Origin: the human T2T-CHM13v2.0 reference genome, Homo sapiens
NCBI RefSeq assembly: GCF_009914755.1
Contig: NC_060926.1
DNA: 64,000 nucleotides
Reading direction: 5' to 3' (one strand)
The notes below the pieces were generated by a model. That model saw nothing but the letters and a program-made list of their open reading frames with translations, did no database searches and was not told the DNA's origin. A program made the position numbers and the translations under genes. This document shows, piece by piece, positions 16,104-27,481 of this stretch. Within the stretch, counting starts at the first letter, position 1. Every line of letters begins with the position of its first letter.

Positions 16104-18339
16104 TACCAACAATGAGGAGTGCCTTGGCCTTAGTACATTGGGTGCTTCCTGAGGTGCTAGTCTGACTCTCTATTTTCTGTCTTCTCTAACACTTTCTGAA
16201 GAAATGCTTAAGAATTTTTGTTTAGTTTTTTTTCTTTTTGAAACTAGTTAGGCACCTTTACATCAAGCTTATCATATGGAAATAAGAAATGCCGGTGACA
16301 TCTCTTGCCAGCTGCTATTTCTTCATGAGAGTCCTCATCTAAAGAAAGGAAGCATTTGGCATGGCCTAGGGTTATTGTTCCTTAAGGGGTCCAGGTTTTA
16401 CTCTTCCTACAGATATTAGAAATCTTTCATCTTAAAAGCTTTTTCAGGAACTGCTTGAGGAACAGTGCCTGAGTCTATGAAAACTTCAAGCCTCAATCCT
16501 AATAACACTTGATATGTTTTTTTTTTTTTTTTCCCAGCATCAATTATTTGTTCAGCCTAAGAGATCTTACCTGGAAATGTCATCAACAATGCCAGGGGAG
16601 ATGAGCATGGGTAAGGACTGCTCTCCATAGTTTTAAGAAAGAGAAATAGAGGGCATATTCCTGCCAGAAGAAGGAGAAAGAATTATTTTTTTCTCTCTTA
16701 GCAGAAAGAAAGAAAAGTGGCAGTCAATCATAAAACACCTCTTGTGTGCCTTAGCTATAACGGAACTAAGTTCTTTCATATCTTCCATATGTCATTTCAT
16801 TTAATTCTAAAAGAAAAATGAGGAAGAGGAGGAGAAACAAGGGGGAGGAGGAGGAACCTGAGACTTGAAAGAAACTGGAACTTGCCTGTGAGCCCTTTGA
16901 CTGGTAAGAGATAAAACTAGAATTTGTACCAAGATTGAAACCCCAAAGCCCTTGTGTTTTCCACCACATTGCATTGACCTGGCCAACAATGTGGGCCCTT
17001 CAGTGACTAATCTCATTGCAGCAGACAGTGTCCACTGGGGAGCGAAGGCTTAGATCACGCCACAGGTGGCCTTAGCTTGAATCACTAATCAAGGAGGCAA
17101 CTTGCTATTGGTAACAGGATGTGTCTTTAGAAGTACCTCTTCAATTTTCTCTGCTTCTTCGTGACCAAGCTGGTGTTTACTGGGCAAATAATCGGAGCAA
17201 TAAAACTGCCATAAACTGCAGCAGCACAAGCTAATAGAAAAATGTACATTGCAGAGGAAAAAGGCACAGGCAAGAATAATGATACCCCTTTTCTCCTACT
17301 TAAGACAGAAAAATTAAGAAGGGGTGAATAACTCCTTAGGACACTGGGGGACCCTCCTAGGAGGAGGTTTTGGCTGCATTTACCTTATATACATGGGCAC
17401 ATAAACACATTCTCATATGTTTGCACTAAGAATGACAAATGAACAGAGGGAACACAGAAAGGAGGAGGCTATGCTCTCCTTATAAAATATTAAAACAATA
17501 CAGATAAGCCTAGCATTTTCTTTGACCAGCAGACTCCCTCCTTCCCCTTTCCCTTTCTATCCCTAGAGGTAGCCATTGTAAAAGTTTGGAATATATCTTT
17601 TCAGGCCTTTTTTTCATGTATCGCACATAAATATGTATTCACAGAAATGTTCACAAGGAGAATAAATTCACGTTACATGGGTAATGAAAAGGTAATTCTA
17701 AGCAAGAAAGAGAAAGAGAGAAAGGTAAAGTGGAACTTAAAAGATAAAGCTCAGTTTTGGAATGAAGTTATTGATTCCAAACTTTTGGGGTGTCCAATAG
17801 ATCAATGTATGTGTCAAAAACAGACTCAGGTACAATCATGATATGAATGGCTTATCTAACCTGACTTTCTTAACAATACAATATCAAAGATGACCAACCT
17901 AAAAATAGCCAAACTGACAAATTATGCAAAAATCAAGTAGCACAAAAGAATACTACTATAATCTGGCACTAAAATAAACTCAAAGGGAAGACTTTTTGCA
18001 AATTCCAGAGACCTTAGCACTACATTTTCTGAATATCGTGGCTACATAATAGCCACTGATCTAATTTAATGAATTTAGGATTAAAGTTGTTCTTGTATAT
18101 TATGATTACCATTAAGGCAAAAGAACTAATTAGCAAAGTCAAGAAGGTTGCCATGGAGGTACATCAATCAGCCTGAAAGCAAAATGCAAAAGGAGTGAGA
18201 GTAGCAGTATGCTTATATTCTTAAGCTTCTGGTCCCTAAGAGCTTAATTATTTGTATATTCAATGATAGTTCATTCATTTAGCCAGAACCTGTGTCCTAA
18301 GCACTATGCTAGGTGCTAGAGACACAACGGCAGCCTGAT

Positions 18340-18560
18340 GGAGTGGGAAGACCATGGAGTTGAGAGAAAGACACTTGGTTTGTGTTCTTGGAACCAACAT
18401 TTACTAATGGTAAGATTTTAGGCAAATCACTTAACCTCGTAAGCCTTGGTTTTCTCACCAGTGGAATGGTGATAATAATTAACTTTCCATTGAGGGTACC
18501 ATAAATAAAATTCACAGACCTCCAGGCAGAGAGTAAATGTAGGCAGAAATTATTATTTGA
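18340..18560 (+). mobile_element. MIR
   Basis: GGCAAATCACTTAACCTCGTAAGCCTTGGTTTTCTCACCAGTGGAATGGTGATAATAAT. Confidence 0.7.
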
Positions 18561-18624
18561 ATACAGACCCTATTCTAAAGGCATTCACTGTCTGGTATCA
18601 GAGAGAGAAAAATAAAGAATTGCA

Positions 18625-20640
18625 GAGGGATTCTACTTTTGAATGGGGGAATGAGGAGCCCTGCAGATCTGCTCTCCAGTGAAACAAGCATAACTGGTAA
18701 AAATTATTTTTTAGAAACACAATCACTTAAAGTCTTTGGAAATTGTCCCAAGGGAATATAGCAAATGAAAAAAAATTAAGAGAAGCTACTAAAACTCATT
18801 AAGGACAGTGAGAATTTGTAACATTGGGACCATGACCTGCTCTCTCTTTTCCCCTCCCGGCTCAATATAATGGAAATTCCATTCCAGGAAGGTTTAGCCA
18901 AGAGAGGCTTTCCCCCGGCCCCTAATTCCCTATCTAGTGTCTGGTACCTCCTGGTACCCAGGAGGGACAGGCTATGAGCATTTCTAATTTTCCCCAGCTA
19001 CACAAGGCAGAGGCTAAACTCCAGGTAAGCATGGCCAAGAAGTTGGGGATCCCTTACTCTATCCAGTTCTCCCTCATAGAGTGGAGTCTCTACCTCAGGC
19101 ATGTCATGCTGATAATGCTGGGGCTCCAGTTGCCCTCACCACAGCTCATGTGTAGGATGGATGTTCTAAGCTGCAAGAGACATGTTGAGAAGAAGAGAGG
19201 CTACTTACCCTGCTCAGCACTCTGACCATAATGTAGGGTGTCACTCTAAGAAAAGTGGGCCACAATCTCTTGCTCCCTGCCTCAGACCTGTGGCTCAGAG
19301 ATTTTGCCCAGGGAGAGAAGAAGGCCATAAGAATAGAGATCTTCAAAGTTCTCCCCAAAGCAACAGAATTTATTTATATCAGATTGTGAGGGAGTTCAAG
19401 CCTAAGAATGCTCTTACAAACAATTATGATTTTTGTGGCAAACAACTGAGAGGAGACTGGCAGTTTCATGACTATCTACAACAAGCTAAACAGTTGGTTA
19501 GCTATTTCTCCAGAGAGAACCATGGAAATAGATAGCTAAGAAGAACCTGCTGGAGTGAGAAAAAACCTTCAAAGAGTGGCCTCAAAAATTATGTCTGTAA
19601 AGGGACTCACATTTAATTGGATCAGACTGTGGCGCAACATTTACCCCAGAGCTTTGCCAAAAACAATGGAATAATCAGCTGACAATTAGTAAGTGCCTAC
19701 AGCTGGATGTGATGCCAGCAGAAGCAGTTGGTTTAACAGAGATCAGGGAAATAAACAGTCAAAGAGAAACTTGTTAAAAGCAGTGTCATCCTAGGATGAT
19801 CACACACACCATGCCCTCTGGAGAATGACATGAAAGGCTTCCCACTGCAGGGAAATAGACTACACTAAAGCCAAATAAGGCCACATTTACAGGTAGGAGG
19901 GGGTCAGGAATTCAACATGTCTTTTTGGGAGACAAAATTCAACCCATACATCCACACACAGACTCATGGTAAAAAAGCTGAAAGACAAAGAGAAAATCTT
20001 GAAAGCAGCAAGAGAAAAATGACTTATCACTTACAAAGCAACCTCAAAAAGATTAATAGCTGCCTTCTCATCAGAAACAATGGAGGCCAGAAGGCAGTGG
20101 GGTGGCATGTTCAAAGTGCTGAAAGAAAAACTCTGTCAATATAAAAAATTCCCAGATCAGCAAAAACTGAGATTTGTTACTGACAGGACACACTAAAGGA
20201 ATTTCTTCAGGCTGAAAGTAACACCAGACAATAATTAGACACCCCCTACCCACACACACACCAAAGAACATCAAGAAAGGTAACTATGTAATTATAAAAG
20301 ACTTTTTTAATACATAGTTCTTGTCCTTCTTTCTCTTAATGGATTTAAAAAGCAGTTATAGGCCGGGCACGGTGGCTCACGCCTGTAATCCCAGCACTTT
20401 GGGAGGCCGAGGTGGGTAGATCACAAATTCAAGAGATCGAGACCATACTGGCCAACATGGTAAAACCCTATCTCTACTAAAAATACAAAACTTAACTGAG
20501 CATAGTGGGGTGCGCCTGTAGTCCCAGCTACTCAGAAGGCTGAGGCAGGAGAATCGCTTAAACCCAGGGAGGCAGAGGTTTCAGTGAGCCAAGATCACGC
20601 CACTGCACTCCAGCCTGGCAAAAGAGCAAGACTCCGTCTC

Positions 20641-20671
<31 letters not shown>

Positions 20672-23600
20672 GTTACATAAAAAATAGGTATATAATTGTA
20701 TTGCTGGGCCTAAAATAAATAGAAATGTATTATATATTTGATAATAACCGCACAAAGGATTGGGGGGGCAGAAAAGGCATACTTGAGTAAGGAAAGCACA
20801 CCTGATAGTAATTTTAACATACAAAAAAATTTAAGAGAAATGGTAAATACGAAGGTTAGTATCACTACCACTATAAATATATACTTGCTCTTCTTTTTTC
20901 CTGCAAGCTTAAAGGACATAAAATTATATAAAGTAGCAATTATAACAATGTATTTGTGGTAAAGTTTATAACATGTATAGTTGTAATATGTATGAGAATA
21001 ATAGCATTAAAAAGTGGAGGGGAATAGAGCTATATGAGAGCAATGTTTCTGTATCTCACTGGAATTAAGTTAATATAAATCTAAAATCAATTCTAATAAG
21101 TTAAGATGTATATGGTAAGCCCTAGAGAAACTACTAAGAAAAAAACTCAATAGAATGTCGAGAAAAAAATCATTAAACAAATTAAAATGTTACTCTAGAA
21201 GATATTCACTTAATAAAAAAAGAAAACAGTATGAGATAAAAAGAACAAAAGACATGAGACATATAGAAAAAAATGAGATAAAATGGCAGATAAAAATCCA
21301 TGCATGTCAATAATAACATTAAATGCAAATGGACTAAACAATCCAATAAAAAGGTAGAGATTGTCAGAATGGGGGAAACAGAAACCCAAAATCTGTCTAT
21401 ATGCTTTCTACAGCAGGTATGAATAAAAAATCTTCTTAAATGCACAGGAAACTTTCTCTGGGATAGACCATATGCTAGGTCACAAAACAAGGCTCAATAC
21501 ATTTAAAAGAATTAAAATCATACAAATTATTTTCTCTGACCATAATAGAATAAAATTAGAAATCAATGCAGAAAGGTATTTGGGAAATTCACAAATAAGT
21601 GAAAATTAAACAACACTCTTCTAAATAACCAGTGGGTCAAAGGAGAAATCATAAGAAAACTTAGAGCATACTTTGAGATAAATGAAAACAAAGATGCAAC
21701 ATACCAAAACATATGGTAAGCAGCTAAAACAGTGCTTAAAGAGAAATTTATAGCTGTAAATGTCTACGTTAAAAAAGAAGATAGTTGTCAAGTGAATAAC
21801 CTCACCACCCACCTTAAGATACCAGAAAAATAAGAGCAAACTAAAACATGCAGAGACTGTAAATAACAAAGAGCAGAAATTAATAAAACAGAGAATAGAA
21901 AAAATAGAGAAAATCAATAAAACTTAAATTTGTTCTTTGCAAAAATCAACAAAACTCATAAATCTTCACCTAGGGTGACCAAGAATAAAAGAGAAAATAC
22001 TTGAATCATTAATATCAGAAATGGAAGAGGGGACATTACTATCAAACTTACAAAAATAAAAAGGATTATAAAGGAATACTGTTTAAAAAAAGCTATGTGC
22101 CAATAAAGTAGATGACTTAGATGAAATAGATACATTCCTAGATAGACACAAACTACTGAAACTGACTCAAGAAGAAATAGAAAATCTGAATCAATACATA
22201 ACAAATAAAAAGATTAAATTAGTAATTAAAGAAATTACCTACAAAGAAAATCTTAGGCCCAGATATCTTCACTACTGAATTATGTCATTTAAAAAATAAT
22301 ACCAATTATTACAAACTCTTTCAAACAATAGAAGAAGAGGAAACACTTCCCAACGCATTCTACGATGTCAGTATTATTTTGATACCAGAACCAGACAAAG
22401 TTATTACAGGAAAAGAAATCTACAGATCAATATGTCTCTTATAGATATAAACACACATATCCTCAACAAAATACTAGCAAACTCAATCAAGCAATGTATA
22501 AAAAGACTTGTACTCCATGACCAATTAGGCTTTATTACAAGATTGACTTAATATGCAAAAATCAATGGATGTAATAAACCACATCAGTAGAGTAGAAAAC
22601 AAAACCACAGCATCATCTCAACAGACGCAGAAAGAAGATTCAACAAAATTGAACACCGTATCATGACAGAACAGTCAACAAGCAAGTAATAGTAAGAAAT
22701 GTTCCTAAGCTAATAAAGGGCATCTACAAAAAATCCCACAGCTAACTTTATACTTTAATTATTAAAGACTGAATGCTTTCCTTTAAGATCAGGAATAAGA
22801 CAAGAATATCAGCTCATGCCACTTCTATTGAACATTATACTGGAGATTCTAGCCAGGGAAATTAGGCAAAAATATAAATAAATAAAAAGCAACCAGACTG
22901 AAAAGAAAGAAGGATAACTATCTCTATTTGCAAATGACATAACCTTGTGTATAGAAAATTCTAAGAAATCACTAAAAAATATTAGAACTAATAAGTTCAG
23001 CAAGGTTGCAGTATACAAAAAATCAATTATATTTCTATAAAGTGGCAATGTACAATTCAAAAATGATATTACAAATTCTTTTTAGAATAGTAGCATAAAG
23101 AATAAAATGGAAATAAATTTTACAAAAGAAGTACAAAACTTACACTCTGAAAAACTACAAAACATTGTTGAAGGAAATCAAATAAGATTTAAATAAATGA
23201 AAAAACATCCCAGACATGGAGCAGAAGACTTAATATTGTTAGGATGATGATAATCCCTAAATAGATCAATAGATTAAATATAATCCCTATCAGAATCCCA
23301 GGTAACTTTTTGGTATAAATTGACAAACTGATCCTAAAATTCATATAAAATTTTCGAGGGACCCCAAATAGCCAAAAGAGTTTTTAATAAGAAGAACCAA
23401 GTAGGAGATTTTCTGATTTCAAAACTTACTGCAGTGTAATTGCATCTACAACAATGTTATGCTGGCATAATGATAGACACACAGATCCATGAAATAGAAT
23501 TGAAATAAACCCTCAAATTTGTGGTTGAGTCTTGAGAGGGTACCAAGACAATTCCATGGGGGAAAGAATAGTCTATAAAAAAATTTTTCAGGGAAATGGC

Positions 23601-23990
23601 ATATCCAATGCAAAATGAAGTTGAACCCCTACCTCATATAAGATATAAAACTTAAAGTTGTCAAAGACTTCAATATAAAGGCTAAAACTATAAAACTCTT
23701 AGAAGGAAATATAGGAGTGAATCTTTATGACCTCAAATTTGGCAATGGATTCTTAGATATAACACAAAAAAGCATAAGCAGCAATAAAAAAATAGAAAAA
23801 TTAGAATTTATCAAAATTTTAAACCTTGTTGCTTCAAAGCATACCATCAGGAAACTGAAAAGATAATTCACAGATGGGGAGAAAATATTTGCAAGTCATA
23901 TATCTGATGAGACTTGTATCTAGAATACATAAAGAATTCTTATAACTCAATAATAAAAAGACAACCAACTAAAAATATACAAAGGATGCT
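18625..23990 (+). mobile_element. Old L1M (L1MC/MD-type) relic: 5' region, partial ORF1, inter-ORF, decayed ORF2
   Basis: ORF1-like AGAGAAAATCTTGAAAGCAGCAAGAG...CAGAAACAATGGAGGCCAGAAG; ORF2-like ATTAAATGCAAATGGACTAAAC, CTCAACAAAATACTAGCAAAC, CTATTTGCAAATGACAT; many stops and deletions. Confidence 0.88.
20361..20668 (+). mobile_element. AluSc-like inserted in L1
   Basis: TCAAGAGATCGAGACCATACTGGCCAACATGG; poly(A); TSD AAAAAGC(A/T)GTTA(T/C)A. Confidence 0.96.
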
Positions 23991-23996
23991 GTAAAC

Positions 23997-24206
23997 CAAT
24001 GATAGGGAAACTTTTTCTGTAAAAGGCCACATAGTCAATGTTTTAGGCTTGAGGGCCATACAGTCTTTAACACAACTACTCAGCTTTGCCATGGTAGCAT
24101 AAAAACAACCATAGAAAATACGTAACAGATAAGCATGGCTGTGTTCCAACAAAATTTTATTTATAAAACCAGGTGGCTGGCCTGAGAGTCAGTTTGCCCA
24201 CTCATG
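23997..24206 (+). mobile_element. MER58A-like hAT-Charlie MITE
   Basis: AAACTTTTTCTGTAAAAGGCCACATAGT...TGGCTGTGTTCCAACAAAATTTTATTT...AGTTTGCC. Confidence 0.8.
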
Positions 24207-25527
24207 CCCTAGAGCAACTCTTAAAAAACAGAACAATGACATACAGCTAGTAAGTCAATTCTGGAGATAAAATGGAATCTATGGGCATACCCAGACTGTG
24301 ATAGGTACTTATTGCCTGGTATAAAGAGAGCAATTAATGAATACTGTTTAATGAATGAACAAAGAAATGAATGGGGCAGGCAGAGGCCAAATACTGTGTA
24401 TGCTTTCCTATGTACTCACTTTGATTTGAACAAATTTCCTAACACCCTGTGTTTTTGGACACCTTGATCGGGAACTTCAGAAGGCAAACAGCCGAGCAAG
24501 AGCAAGCCTGGTACAGTATGTCAGCATTCCAGATTGACTGCAGCTGGGCTGAAATGCAAGGTGAGGACAAAGAGGCTGCACTAGAAGGCAAGGCGAGGCT
24601 TTTTTTTTTTTTTTCTTCTGTATCTCAGGGATAAGAGTAAGAGTTCTTAGAAACATAATCACTTCCACCAAAGACAGACCTGGAGATGCCAGACACAAGA
24701 GAATCAGTATAAGCTAAGAGCTACAAAGGACAACAGTAAGCTACCTGAAAGTAAAGGAAAATTGATTTAGGTGATTCAATCAAATGATTTCTGATATAAG
24801 ACACAAAGGGACCTAGGAGGTTTGAAAATCTAACCAAATGATAAATATGGGAAGATAACGTGCTCTCAGGTTGTATCTCCCAAGAGTCATTAATGTTAAT
24901 GTGTATTTAAGGCTGTGTCTACAAGACAGAGGACCACAGTGTGCAAGACAGAACATTCAGGCTAATGGGTTAAGGAGGAGATGGGAATCAATCCTCTTGA
25001 CTCCTGTAGCCAACTGATTCGAATTTTAGCTAAAATTAAGTCCCAAATAAAAATCCCTGAAGTGATTTATTTTTTTCCATTTATAATGACTTATTCTAGG
25101 CACATGGAGACTGACAAATCAAGGAGGTCAAACCTTTCTTTTTGCCCAGGCTTCTATGCAAACCGCCTGCTTGTCCCTTGACTCAGCAGAGGTCAGGATA
25201 TGAAATATGTATACCATTGCCACTGCAAGCAAGAACTGCAACAGGGACTGTGTAAGTGTTCATGTAGGTCTGTCTATAACCTCAGATTTGTATGATAACT
25301 AGGTCATGGTGATGGTGCTGGCAGATATGGGGTTCCACAAAGCTCCTGCAGTCATTGTGATGGAAGCTGAATCAATCTGTGAACTATGAAAGCTTCTCCC
25401 AAAAGGTTCCACAAAACAAATAGGATTGAGGGCCTACTAGGTAATAGGCACTTTGGGGACCCAGATACAAGTCAGATGTGTACTCTATCTTTAGGAGCTC
25501 CCAGGACAGTAGAGGAGAGAATATCCT

Positions 25528-25577
25528 GTCCCGTCCCGTCCCGTCCAGTCCCGTCCCATCCCATCCCATCCCATCCC
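25528..25577. repeat. Pentanucleotide microsatellite (GTCCC)n-(ATCCC)n
   Basis: GTCCCGTCCCGTCCCGTCCAGTCCCGTCCCATCCCATCCCATCCCATCCC. Confidence 0.95.
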
Positions 25578-25739
25578 AGTATTTCAGCTGACCCTTGAAG
25601 GATAGGGCTTGAGGGAGTGTATCCTAGCACAGAAGAAACTTTGAGGAGAATGCCCCTGCCCTGCTACCACCTCAACCCCTGAAGCCTAGGTTACAGGTAG
25701 GCCTCTCTCTGATAACTATTTCTTGGATATCAGAAAAGA

Positions 25740-26143
25740 ATATACTTTGGATGTTTTGTCCCCTCCAAATGCCATGTTGAAATGTGGCCTCCAATGTTGG
25801 AGGTGGTCGTAGTGGAAGGTGTTTGGGTCATGAGGGTGGATCCCTCATGAATGGTTTTGTGCTGTCCTTGTGATAACAATTGAGTTCTCACTTTATTAGT
25901 TCCCATGAGATCTGGTTATTTAAAAGAGCCTGGCACCATCTTCCCATTGCTCTCTCCCTTGCCATGTGATACGCAGGCTCCCCCGCCCCTTCTGCTATGA
26001 CTGTAAGCTTCCTGAGGCCTCATCAGAAGCCGAACAGATGCTGGTTCCATGTTCGTACAGCCTGCAGACCCTTGAGCCAAATAAAGCCCTTTTCTTTATA
26101 AATTACCGTCTTAGGTATCACTTATAGCAATGCAAATGGACAA
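25740..26143 (+). mobile_element. MSTB-type ERVL-MaLR solo LTR
   Basis: TTTGGATGTTTTGTCCCCTCCAAA...GGATCCCTCATGAATGG...TAAGCTTCCTGAGGCCTC...AATAAA...TATAGCAATGCAAATGGAC. Confidence 0.88.
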
Positions 26144-26826
26144 TCAACCTCAGATTTGTATGATAACGAGGTCATTTATTTAATGATTAAACTTGGTCAG
26201 TCTCCACATTGTCCCTGACTCATGCTATGGCACTAATTGTGGTACAAACTGGCCATGTTCCTATAATTCCATTTTCTCCCCTTGACAACTTGACCCTAAG
26301 CAATGGATAACCCAATGGTAAACTAGATGTAGCCTTTTCCTTTTTTTTTTTTTTTTTAAACCGATGGATCCATTGCGCATCAATTGATCTGGAGTGATTC
26401 ATCTAAACATTTGTCTAAACATGTGCTTCACCCCCTGTCTTCACTGCTCAGTGAAGTGGGGGTGAGTAAGCACTAGATAATACATTCAGAAACCTTAGTT
26501 CTAACTCCAGCTCTCATACTTACTAGCTATGAGCTATTGATCATTTCCCTGCTCTGGGTTTCCTTATCTGTATGAGCAGGAAATAGATAGTCAATAAGAT
26601 CCTTCCCAGCTGTACCATCTATGATTTCACACAATTAACAAAAAAGTCCTCTTTATAGGACCCTTAGAGATAATCCCTATTTATTTCCAAAGTGACCAGG
26701 CAAAGTTTAACAATAACTAGGGGCTGTTATGACACTATTGAACCCATAGTAGGGACTTCAGGATGCCCCCTGTGAATACTCTTTGATCAGCCAAGTGATT
26801 GTTTCTCAGGCCCTTTTGGTCTGCAG

Positions 26827-26985
26827 CAGTGCTTCTCAAACTTTAGCATGCATAGAAGTGGACAGGAGAATTTTGTTAAAATGCAGATTCTGATTCATTA
26901 GTGTAGGGTGGGGCTGGAGAGTCTGTATTTCTAACAAGCTCCCAGACAAGACGGATGTTGACCACACTTTAGGTGGCAAGTTTCT
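26827..26985 (+). mobile_element. MER5A/B-like hAT MITE
   Basis: CAGTGCTTCTCAAACTTTAGC...TTGTTAAAATGCAGATTCTGATTCA...CTAACAAGCTCCCAG. Confidence 0.75.
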
Positions 26986-27216
26986 AGAGGGTTTTGAGGA
27001 GGAAACATGAGGCCATTAGGAGGCTTGATACTATATCTGAGAGAATACCAAATTGTTCCCCCCAAGTGCTTACCTCGAGGCCTTGCTGAAGTGCCTAATA
27101 AGTGTTTGCTCACTGATTGATAAACTTTGCTCTTTTGCTAAAGGCTGGAAGAAAATGTATCTCTTTCCTCTTTAATCACTGAGGGCAATATAGCCCAAAT
27201 AGCATCCCCTGCTAGA

Positions 27217-27481
27217 CTTTGCCATTGCAGCATGAAAATATGTAACAGGTAAGCATGGCTGTGTTCCAATAAAATTTACAAAACCAGGTGGCTGGCCTGG
27301 GAGTCATAGTTTGTCAACTTAAAAAAAAAAAAATGAAATGATGAGGTACAGCTAATAAGTCAATTCTGGAAGGAAAATGGAATCTATGGGTATGGGTATA
27401 CCCAGACTATAATAGGAACTTATTTCCTGGCATAAAAAGGCAATTAATGGATACTGTTTAATGAATGAACAAATAAATGAA
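27217..27481 (+). repeat. Diverged local duplicate of 24084-24371
   Basis: Shares MER58-L1-L2 junction sequence, e.g. TAAGTCAATTCTGGA..AAAATGGAATCTATGGG..ATACCCAGACT. Confidence 0.9.

Noticed and set aside
19917-23990. L1 ORF1/ORF2 as an active LINE
   Set aside because: Heavily diverged with stops and internal deletions, and no intact 3' end.
25528-25577. Satellite II/III fragment or CRISPR-like array
   Set aside because: The unit is (G/A)TCCC, not CATTC; only 50 bp with no spacers. No repeat-spacer array is seen anywhere in the window.
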